A stretch of 64,000 nucleotides of DNA, from sequence record NC_048170.1; one strand, given 5' to 3'. Every line of letters starts with the position of its first letter. Position 1 is the stretch's first letter. The position numbers and the translations under genes are program-made. This document shows positions 1 to 7,498 of this stretch, piece after piece. The notes below the pieces were generated by a model that had not been told where the DNA came from, searched no databases, and worked only from the letters and a program-made list of their open reading frames with translations.

Positions 1-25
1 CCTTCCCTGATGGGTTGGAGGAGGG
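1..25. terminator. Truncated copy of the dispersed hairpin family (inverted orientation)
   Basis: ccttccctgatgggttggaggaggg is the reverse complement of the ccctcctcc-AA-ccc-loop-ggg-AA-gg motif, followed by TTATG; cut by the window edge. Confidence 0.65.
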
Positions 26-101
26 TTATGCCGTCAAGCAAAAAAAAAAAAAAAAATGATAGTCACAGGCTCTCCAATGAAGGAGAGCCGTGACCGTCAG
101 T

Positions 102-803
102 TTAGGATGCGGATAATCTCGTGTACTTCTGGCGAATATGATTCTTACGGCGAACTTCGTCATCCTCGTCACGCCATTCGAGATAAGCAACGAATCGACG
201 TAACTGCGCTGCAGTCATCGCTGACGAGCGATCTTCTACATCTAGAACAACGTAACGAACGTCACCAACGCCATCGCAATCGACGTAACTGAATACCAAA
301 AGGCCATCGCCGTATTCAACGATGGTAACTTCGAATCGTTTATCGAACAAATAAAACAGTTCCGATTCAATGATCATCGGAATGACGCACATATCAGGAC
401 GATTGAGGATTTCCATCATCACCCGTAACGCGCGAGGAGTATGGCGAGCGAACTGGTCGTTAAAACGTTGTTTCATCGCTTGTTCCACACCATCTGTTTT
501 TGTTCCAAACCACGGACGTACTACAGATTTCGGTGGTGTAAGACGAAAGCGATATGCTTGTATAAACAACAGAATATCAGCGACGTTGGGAAATTCTTCC
601 TGGTCTTCGTATATCTTGCGGATAATATCCGGAATCGTAACCATCAAGTATTTCTTATCGCCTCCTACTTTCTCGAGATTAGCAATATGCCCTTCTACCA
701 CCGGCAGGTAAACGAAATTATACCAATGACGGTATCTTTCGGTACGTTGGTAGTTTGGGATAAAATTAAGAATACTACTCACTGCGCGTTTTAATGGGTT
801 CAT
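102..803 (-). CDS. Hypothetical protein (233 aa)
   Basis: Long ORF with AAGGA upstream; last gene of a co-oriented run; no recognised motif. Confidence 0.8.
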   Translation of the reverse strand: MNPLKRAVSSILNFIPNYQRTERYRHWYNFVYLPVVEGHIANLEKVGGDKKYLMVTIPDIIRKIYEDQEEFPNVADILLFIQAYRFRLTPPKSVVRPWFGTKTDGVEQAMKQRFNDQFARHTPRALRVMMEILNRPDMCVIPMIIESELFYLFDKRFEVTIVEYGDGLLVFSYVDCDGVGDVRYVVLDVEDRSSAMTAAQLRRFVAYLEWRDEDDEVRRKNHIRQKYTRLSAS

Positions 804-817
804 CGGAAGGATCCTTC

Positions 818-1231
818 TTATGTTTTAATATGCGCATCGTCAATCCCCTCGGTAATCCAGCCGATGGGAAGGACAATCGTTGTTATCCTGTTATGGGTGT
901 AGTGGTTGAGAAAATGGAAATAGTAATTTTTGTTAGACTGTTCGATCCGCAGGTCGAGATGCGCGTCTTCAGGTAACCGCAACCAAGCGCCGTACAGTTC
1001 ATTAAACTTACGCTGAATTTTACCGGGGTTCATTGGAACCCCACGACCGTGGTGGTGTAGCTGACGCAATGATTCAATCAAACACTCAGAGATACCCGTT
1101 GTCGTTCCGTTATCGCTTGTATCAATAACGATGAACTCTCGTGACCCACGACCGAGATAAAAACCGGCGACAAAAGCTGCAGCAACAAAAATTATCGTAC
1201 CGATACCAATATACCAATAGTAAGTATCCAT
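818..1231 (-). CDS. Hypothetical membrane protein, N-terminal TM helix (137 aa)
   Basis: GAGGT RBS before ATG at 1231 (MDTYYW...); hydrophobic segment YIGIGTIIFVAAAFVAGFYLG. Confidence 0.8.
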   Translation of the reverse strand: MDTYYWYIGIGTIIFVAAAFVAGFYLGRGSREFIVIDTSDNGTTTGISECLIESLRQLHHHGRGVPMNPGKIQRKFNELYGAWLRLPEDAHLDLRIEQSNKNYYFHFLNHYTHNRITTIVLPIGWITEGIDDAHIKT

Positions 1232-1242
1232 AACGACCTCAC

Positions 1243-1770
1243 TTATACCCAATAGTCGGCAAGCGGTTTTACCTTATTAATGGGCAACTGTACTTTACCG
1301 ATGTTCTCTACATCCGCATCAGCGTAGAGAACAATTTTATCGTCGTCTCTTTCCCAACGAATAGTAAATCGGCCAGGAAGAAGATTACCCTGTTCAAGAG
1401 ACGCAGTAACCTGTTGTGTTAATACAGACAGCCAAGCAGGCATCAGTGTTGCAACATCTAAGTCATTTGACCACTCAGCGCGTTGCTCCACTGGGCGTAA
1501 CATACGTTCGACGGTGCGTTGAACTGTTGCGGTGATATAGCCTTTATCTTCGTCACTGATTGGATCAGGGCGAGACACAAAACGTTCAGCAGGCTTGTGG
1601 GTAATATATTCATGCAAATCGATGAGTGGTGTTGTCATAGTACTCGCTCCATCAGAATGTAATTGGGTAACCCGTAGGGTTGTCTGCATGCTATTCAGAA
1701 GCGCAAAAGCGCCATAAACAACAATGATGCTAAGTACGACCAAAACAGAAATCATTAATGTGTATTGCAT
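1243..1770 (-). CDS. Hypothetical membrane protein, N-terminal TM helix (175 aa)
   Basis: AGGAG RBS 6 nt before ATG at 1770; hydrophobic segment LMISVLVVLSIIVVYGAFALL. Confidence 0.8.
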   Translation of the reverse strand: MQYTLMISVLVVLSIIVVYGAFALLNSMQTTLRVTQLHSDGASTMTTPLIDLHEYITHKPAERFVSRPDPISDEDKGYITATVQRTVERMLRPVEQRAEWSNDLDVATLMPAWLSVLTQQVTASLEQGNLLPGRFTIRWERDDDKIVLYADADVENIGKVQLPINKVKPLADYWV

Positions 1771-1837
1771 TGTCATCTCCTACTCACACGTATCTTGAAG
1801 ATTAGTTAAAATCAACAAAAGAAAAAACGATATAAAG

Positions 1838-1865
1838 CAAGGTCCTCTGATATCAGAGGACCTTG
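1838..1865. terminator. Perfect 28-bp palindrome, probable terminator or processing hairpin
   Basis: caaggtcctctgat|atcagaggaccttg in the gap between two minus-strand genes; A-rich tract 1806-1827 reads as a U-rich run downstream on the minus strand. Confidence 0.65.
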
Positions 1866-1871
1866 GATCAA

Positions 1872-2528
1872 TTAGCTTGCAGCTTCTTCATTTGTATCAG
1901 GTTTGCTTCCCCCTAACAAACCGTCAAACAGACCCGTATGTTTCAGGTAGAAGAGAGCGATAGCGCCCATCGCTGCTGCGCTCGTCGCCGTTAACGCAAC
2001 CCCAGCACGATACTGCCATTTACGGTCAGGCTTTTGATCAAGCGCCATACGACGCATGTATTCAGCCTCTGCCTCATTCCGATGAATTTCGGATTCGGCC
2101 AGACGGGCTAAGGTATCGCGGTCAAGGTTATCATAACGTACGTTCATGGTGGTTTCCTCTTGTTTGGAAGTTGATTGCTTAGTGGATTCTTGGTCAACAG
2201 TCGTTTCAGTTGGTTCAAACGGCTGGTTGTTCATTTTCTGATCTTTATTGGTCATGATAGACTCCTTCGATTTTTGAGATGAAATTGATTTAAACCATCG
2301 TGGATGGCGGTATTCGGTTTTACAGGTACAGTTAAGTTTCTCGTGCAGGAAAGCGTAAAAACGTTTTGCGCCTACACGTAAGGCTTTCAGCATTACCCAT
2401 CCACGAGCACTCAAACGGTGTAGCTGTTGCGGTATGTCTAGTTTCCTAGCCAAGCGAAAGTATCTTTCAATCACTTCGATAGGAAACCATTGTTGTTCCA
2501 CATCGGTGAGACTGAAAGTCTTATCCAT
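1872..2528 (-). CDS. Hypothetical protein with C-terminal TM helix (218 aa, or 127 aa from ATG at 2255)
   Basis: ORF begins just after the promoter motif; strong internal RBS GAAGGAG before in-frame ATG at 2255; TM-like AGVALTATSAAAMGAIALFYL. Confidence 0.75.
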   Translation of the reverse strand: MDKTFSLTDVEQQWFPIEVIERYFRLARKLDIPQQLHRLSARGWVMLKALRVGAKRFYAFLHEKLNCTCKTEYRHPRWFKSISSQKSKESIMTNKDQKMNNQPFEPTETTVDQESTKQSTSKQEETTMNVRYDNLDRDTLARLAESEIHRNEAEAEYMRRMALDQKPDRKWQYRAGVALTATSAAAMGAIALFYLKHTGLFDGLLGGSKPDTNEEAAS

Positions 2529-2551
2529 GAATGAAATCTCGCTGGCTTACT

Positions 2552-2576
2552 TCACTTAAGTAATATAGCCGTGAAA
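2552..2576 (-). promoter_or_regulatory. Early (virion-RNAP-type) promoter motif, core TATATTAC
   Basis: Minus strand tttcacggcTATATTACttaagtga; TATATTAC is the described phiKZ early promoter core; one of four aligned copies. Confidence 0.75.
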
Positions 2577-2678
2577 AATGTTGGATTAAGTTAAATACCG
2601 CAACCGCAGCTAATTTTATAGGCTTTTAGCCTAAACCAATCATCTTCGGAATCATCATCTTTGAAACAGGAATCTATC

Positions 2679-3500
2679 ATGGAAAAAGTATTTGTTTGTA
2701 AGTTGTTTACCAACGGCAATAGCCAACCAATGTATCTGACCGATCCAGTTCTGGGTAATCGGAACAGTACCGTATTCAAAGAAGCTTTCGAATACGCTAA
2801 AAATAAAGCCGTGAGAACGCTGACGTCTGATGACTGTATCAACGGTATCACGTGGGCAGAGTTATTCGGTGATGCTGTTAGACACTTCGTTCAGAACGCA
2901 AGAAAACAGGAAATCAGTCTCACGACTATCGTTGTGCGCGAAAACGCAGAAATTTTATCAAACGTTTTAGTTGATTTTAATGACGTTTGCGTGTTTAATC
3001 CAGAGAACACGTTTGAACAATATCTTACTGCCCTGAACAACCAGCTCGGTAAAGATATTCATCCCGAATTCGCCAAGTTAACATATCAGTTACTTTTTGA
3101 TGACATCGATCCAAATACGAAGATCAATACCAGCTCGTCACACCTGGTAAAGAAATACGGATCGGTTCTTGCTACGGCAACACCCACCACCGATGGCGGT
3201 TATGATATCGAATTGGATGGTCCATTAAAAGAACAAGAGCCTACTGGGGTTAGGGCGGTACATCACAACCTCGTCGTTAAATCTGATGGATGCGATGAAC
3301 ATTACGCTATGATAAACGATGAAAACAATTACCGTTTAAGTCAAGCGATTGGTGTTCTACGCTATACCGAACCCACTGTTGTAGACGATTATACATCGAC
3401 AACAACGCACACCACGTGTTTCATTTTCATTTATCCCAATGAAAGTGTGTACATTACTGACTGCTACGGCAACACTGTAGATAGCCTACGTCGTTACTAA
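2679..3500 (+). CDS. Hypothetical protein (273 aa)
   Basis: AGGA RBS before ATG at 2679; ends just before a terminator. Confidence 0.85.
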   Translation: MEKVFVCKLFTNGNSQPMYLTDPVLGNRNSTVFKEAFEYAKNKAVRTLTSDDCINGITWAELFGDAVRHFVQNARKQEISLTTIVVRENAEILSNVLVDFNDVCVFNPENTFEQYLTALNNQLGKDIHPEFAKLTYQLLFDDIDPNTKINTSSSHLVKKYGSVLATATPTTDGGYDIELDGPLKEQEPTGVRAVHHNLVVKSDGCDEHYAMINDENNYRLSQAIGVLRYTEPTVVDDYTSTTTHTTCFIFIYPNESVYITDCYGNTVDSLRRY

Positions 3501-3506
3501 TCGTCG

Positions 3507-3532
3507 AGCCTGTCCTTCGGGGCAGGCTTTTT
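3507..3532 (+). terminator. Intrinsic terminator with UUCG loop
   Basis: agcctgtcc-ttcg-gggcaggct followed by TTTT, 6 nt after a stop codon. Confidence 0.85.
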
Positions 3533-3603
3533 ATGCTGTTAAATATCCGGAATAAGAATTAACAAAATAGGAAAATGGTGTGAATATAACACAAAGGAGG
3601 GAG

Positions 3604-3726
3604 ATGATTATGTTACTCATTCTAATGGAGAGAGCATTGCTGGCGGGTATCTGCGCATTCTCTGTTAAACACGCTGTTGCTATCATGGCTGAAGAAAGGC
3701 GTAATACGCATAATGTATTACGCTGA
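3604..3726 (+). CDS. Small hydrophobic protein (40 aa), below the ORF-track cutoff
   Basis: AAAGGAGG RBS; MIMLLILMERALLAGICAFSVKHAVAIMAEERRNTHNVLR. Confidence 0.6.
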   Translation: MIMLLILMERALLAGICAFSVKHAVAIMAEERRNTHNVLR

Positions 3727-3835
3727 AAACACTGTGTGCATTAGTGTATGACGAGAAATCGTCGAGGCCCCCGTCTTCACGAGGGCCAACACCTATGCAT
3801 GATTATCCATCGTCTGTTAAACAAAGGTTATAAAC

Positions 3836-4144
3836 ATGAGCAATTTGAACGTTGAGTTTACTTCAACAACGCCTGTCATGAATGGTGTTGGCACTGAAAC
3901 CAAAATCGTATTAGAACCCATTCCAGGGTTACGTGATCTCGGTGATTTTTATCAACTGATGCCGCGTATACGGAAGGCCTTAAACAGTATCGATCTTGAT
4001 TCTAATAAAGATTTCCAACACGATACAGAAAATACCGATCATGTGTTGCTGCCATCGGGGATCGCAAAATTCACCTACACGCAAACATTGAAAGCCTCCG
4101 ATGGTGAAATCCGTCGTTTTATCGTTGAAGTAGAAAGCGCATAA
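3836..4144 (+). CDS. Hypothetical protein (102 aa)
   Basis: AAAGG upstream; stop 4 nt before a hairpin-family copy. Confidence 0.8.
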   Translation: MSNLNVEFTSTTPVMNGVGTETKIVLEPIPGLRDLGDFYQLMPRIRKALNSIDLDSNKDFQHDTENTDHVLLPSGIAKFTYTQTLKASDGEIRRFIVEVESA

Positions 4145-4148
4145 AAAC

Positions 4149-4180
4149 CATCCTCCCAACCCGTAAGGGAAGGGAGGATG
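4149..4180. terminator. Dispersed hairpin family copy between convergent genes
   Basis: catcctccc-AA-ccc-GTAA-ggg-AA-gggaggatg. Confidence 0.8.
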
Positions 4181-4197
4181 AAATATGCCGTTAAACG

Positions 4198-4827
4198 TTA
4201 TTCAACAAACCCTGCGTTCAACAGATTGTCGTAAACACGATTAGCGACATCAACAGGAGAATGTGTGTTACTGGTGTCTATACACAACGTTTTCGCGTCG
4301 CCGAGATAGTCCATAAAATCCATGTAACGATAACGTCGTTTATTGAATGTCGCTTCATCGATGTTATCAAACATCTGATGTTTAGCGTGACGAACACGGA
4401 ACCGTCTTAAATACGTAGGATAGTCGATATCCAGATAAACATAGTAAGACGGCATGATAATCGACGGTAGGTTCGGCAACAATGCGTCAAACAACTTAAC
4501 GTTGGCATCATTAACCTGATAAACATACGTCGAAGCAATCGAACGATCGCTAAGCACAGTCTTCCCTTCGTTAAGGGCTGGATGAATCACCTTGTTGAAG
4601 AGATGATTGCGTTGCGACATCATCGCCAATAGCTCAGTTTCTGGATCGAATCTGTTCGTTGGCGTCTGATCTTCCAGGATAAGTTTACGAATGGCTTCTC
4701 CGTAGAGCGTACCACCAGGTTCGCGTACGACACAGACATTGTTTAAACGACTATGTAAAGACGAGATAACCGAACTCTTTCCTGAATAATCCAGGCCTTC
4801 AATAACGATATATTTATTACGAGACAT
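4198..4827 (-). CDS. tmk: Thymidylate kinase
   Basis: P-loop IVIEGLDYSGKSS, REPGGT, and LSDRSIASTYVYQ (DR motif). Confidence 0.95.
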   Translation of the reverse strand: MSRNKYIVIEGLDYSGKSSVISSLHSRLNNVCVVREPGGTLYGEAIRKLILEDQTPTNRFDPETELLAMMSQRNHLFNKVIHPALNEGKTVLSDRSIASTYVYQVNDANVKLFDALLPNLPSIIMPSYYVYLDIDYPTYLRRFRVRHAKHQMFDNIDEATFNKRRYRYMDFMDYLGDAKTLCIDTSNTHSPVDVANRVYDNLLNAGFVE

Positions 4828-4843
4828 TCCCCGCTCCAATTAA

Positions 4844-6019
4844 CTACTTCGTTTTCGCCATTATCGGCTGCGATACTGTAATCTCGACCCGATCGACATC
4901 GGTACGTTTAACGATGATAAGGCTGCGTTCATCACCGAATGGTTCTGAGATCTTACAAGCCTCTTTAAGATTTTCGAGAATCTTGCCATGGGGTTCAAAC
5001 ACCGCAAAACCGGAACTAGCGTCGATTCTTATTAGACTTACACGCGTGCCGTTTACGGTAATAACATCTTCCGTCTTGAATTCACAACAGGAGGGTAGAC
5101 GGAACTGGCCGGGAATACCGGCTACGTATGCCTCACCACCGAACATTTCTATTAACGTCACTGGTTTGAATGTTTTCTCTGGGAAAGCATTATTAAGGAT
5201 ATCGTTTCCATTCACAAACCAGATCGTTACTTTATCTTCGGAATACGCTAGTCGGTACGGTTGGGTTGCGGACGCTTGCGCTTTATGTTGGTTAAACAAC
5301 TTTGATTTTGTCGCAATCACAGCACGACCTTGGGCGTCAAAGTACAGAACTTCATACCCAACACATCCGATAAACACGCGACGGTTATTAAGTTCCGGAA
5401 TTCTGACTACTAACGCATTACCGTCTTCCGTCGGTGTAATGCCGCGTAGGACGATCGATTCGTTATTCAATACTGAGTTGTCCACAACGATGCTTCGCAT
5501 TACCGCTGGGGTTACTGTTTTATCTGCGGTAGGTTCAGGTTGCTCAGCAATGCGGTCAAAAGGTTCGATGGATACCATGGGAACGAAGTATTCAACTATA
5601 TGCTTGTTTGCAGCACCAACGTCCATGACGGTGATCTGCAAACGCGTAGCATCCGAATTCAATGCTTGTTTCACACGTTCTGCATTAGGAGTATCACGGT
5701 CAATACGAATCAAGGCTTTTACCACACCGTCGTCTTCCAACCATCCCGTTAAAACGCGACCGACGATATCGTTCACGTCACGAATCGGGAAGCACAGTTC
5801 AGCGCCATCGAGCACCGCTTCGATTTTACTGCTAATGACGGGCACCTTACCATCGTTAAGATGCGCCAGCAGACCGGTTAATGCACCTTCACTAACCGGA
5901 TGTTTTGTCGTCGTACTGACCAACGGTACGATAAAACGATCTTCGCTGTATTTCTCTGCACCACAGATAACCGGGACTTGAGGGCATCGATCAACCAGAC
6001 CCCATTCAACGGTATTCAT
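4844..6019 (-). CDS. Hypothetical protein (~391 aa)
   Basis: Long ORF within the sbcC-ruvC-tmk run; AGAAGGA RBS before ATG at 6019. Confidence 0.8.
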   Translation of the reverse strand: MNTVEWGLVDRCPQVPVICGAEKYSEDRFIVPLVSTTTKHPVSEGALTGLLAHLNDGKVPVISSKIEAVLDGAELCFPIRDVNDIVGRVLTGWLEDDGVVKALIRIDRDTPNAERVKQALNSDATRLQITVMDVGAANKHIVEYFVPMVSIEPFDRIAEQPEPTADKTVTPAVMRSIVVDNSVLNNESIVLRGITPTEDGNALVVRIPELNNRRVFIGCVGYEVLYFDAQGRAVIATKSKLFNQHKAQASATQPYRLAYSEDKVTIWFVNGNDILNNAFPEKTFKPVTLIEMFGGEAYVAGIPGQFRLPSCCEFKTEDVITVNGTRVSLIRIDASSGFAVFEPHGKILENLKEACKISEPFGDERSLIIVKRTDVDRVEITVSQPIMAKTK

Positions 6020-6053
6020 AACGTTTTTTCCTTCTTGGGTTTTGTACATGTTG

Positions 6054-6668
6054 CTAACGGCGTTTTGTACCGACCTTCCCATTTCGATGGTCATCAAGAA
6101 TACGCCATTCTTCGAACAGGAGTTCGGCTGCGAAATAACCTACAGCGATGCTGTCTATCGCATGCTCATCAAGATTCGCTAACACAACACCGTTTCTGGG
6201 TGTGATGTTCATGAGGTTCAACACTTTCTGGCGAACATCGTCCTTACCAACACGGGACGTCATGATCCCAACAGCACGTTTCGCGCTTCGGTTATCAACC
6301 CCTAAGAAAGACACCGTAGGATCAAAATCGATAACCGTTGTCTGAATCGCTGAAAACAGCTCGCTGAGCGCCATCCCGCTTTGCTTGAAACGACCGATGA
6401 ACGGTGTCTCACAAGCAACCGCTTGCGGCTGGTACTCTTGCAATAACGTTGTCAGCGAACGACGGTGTTCTTGGATACGTGCGGCACGATTACCGTATCC
6501 AAGCGCAATATCGCCATCAGGATCATATCGACGTGAAGCGTGCCATGTCCCCGCATACAGCAGTTCAATATCTTCGACACGCACGTCCAAACGTAGTAAC
6601 GACGCACCGAGTGTATCGGTGCCAGGGTCGATTGCCAGAATATCGTAAGCGTATTCTGGTGGGATCAT
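6054..6668 (-). CDS. ruvC: RuvC-like Holliday junction resolvase
   Basis: ILAIDPGT, AVACETPF and AIDSIAVG carry the RNase H-fold acidic residues; ATGA overlap with the upstream gene. Confidence 0.9.
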   Translation of the reverse strand: MIPPEYAYDILAIDPGTDTLGASLLRLDVRVEDIELLYAGTWHASRRYDPDGDIALGYGNRAARIQEHRRSLTTLLQEYQPQAVACETPFIGRFKQSGMALSELFSAIQTTVIDFDPTVSFLGVDNRSAKRAVGIMTSRVGKDDVRQKVLNLMNITPRNGVVLANLDEHAIDSIAVGYFAAELLFEEWRILDDHRNGKVGTKRR

Positions 6669-7483
6669 GGTGTTACAACAGCCTCTACTGACCATGGGAA
6701 GGTTTTCGCAACAACACCTTCCAGGAAGCGTTCAACTTCCGATTGCTCATACACCGAAAGCTTTTCGAACGGCGTTTGGTCTTCGGTTAAACCTACCGCA
6801 TGAATAGGACCCAGGTCTTTAACCAGGGTAACTTCGCCTTTAACGCCTTCGCGCTTAACGATGATCGCATGATCGTTAACCTTGGGATCGTACAGCACGC
6901 GCATCATGGTTACCGCGTCATCCGGTTCATAACCGAAATCGATAGCAACACGAGCATTCGTCCCTTCATCGTCCAGAAGCTTGCTTAGCGCTTTACAACG
7001 GTCTTCAATCCAATCCAACGCCACCACGGTTTCTTGGCGTAGCTGAACCTCAACCTCTTTTCCTTGTTCGTCGATACGTTTCACGGTAACAAAATCGTGC
7101 AATAAACGGTCAGGAAGGAGAGAAGCAATAAGCTCAACGTCGGGTTCAGGTTTTTCGTTTTCCAGAATGATGGTCGCTTGTGCGTCCAGATGTTCTTTAA
7201 AACGGATGTAGCGCGTTAATCGCAGAACCTCGTCTTGGGATTTTGCGTTTTCGGGAATAATCTCCGTCATGACGTTATAAATCTTTTCAGCGAACGTCGG
7301 AATTACGGTGATTGTAATTCGTGCTGGCGTACCACGCTCCTGGTACTCATCGGCTAACTTCTTCGCCATCCCGTTAAAGTAGGTCTGGAGAAACGGTTGC
7401 TGCGTTAAAAACATTTTCTCCAGATCGGAATAGCGATGCTTGCGTGCATGGCCCAGCTTCTTCATCGGCTTTTTCATCAACAT
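6665..7483 (-). CDS. Hypothetical protein (272 aa)
   Basis: ORF tightly packed between sbcC and ruvC. Confidence 0.8.
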   Translation of the reverse strand: MLMKKPMKKLGHARKHRYSDLEKMFLTQQPFLQTYFNGMAKKLADEYQERGTPARITITVIPTFAEKIYNVMTEIIPENAKSQDEVLRLTRYIRFKEHLDAQATIILENEKPEPDVELIASLLPDRLLHDFVTVKRIDEQGKEVEVQLRQETVVALDWIEDRCKALSKLLDDEGTNARVAIDFGYEPDDAVTMMRVLYDPKVNDHAIIVKREGVKGEVTLVKDLGPIHAVGLTEDQTPFEKLSVYEQSEVERFLEGVVAKTFPWSVEAVVTP

Positions 7484-7498
7484 AAATCCTTATTTATC

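Noticed and set aside
40-56. 17-nt poly-A run
   Set aside because: Intergenic, beside a hairpin at the window edge; may be a homopolymer-length artefact and affects no reading frame.
4914-5981. 355-aa plus-strand ORF (also 37337-38176, 38489-39220, 55825-56472, 57460-58332)
   Set aside because: All lie fully antisense to better-supported genes in co-oriented operons and have no motifs.
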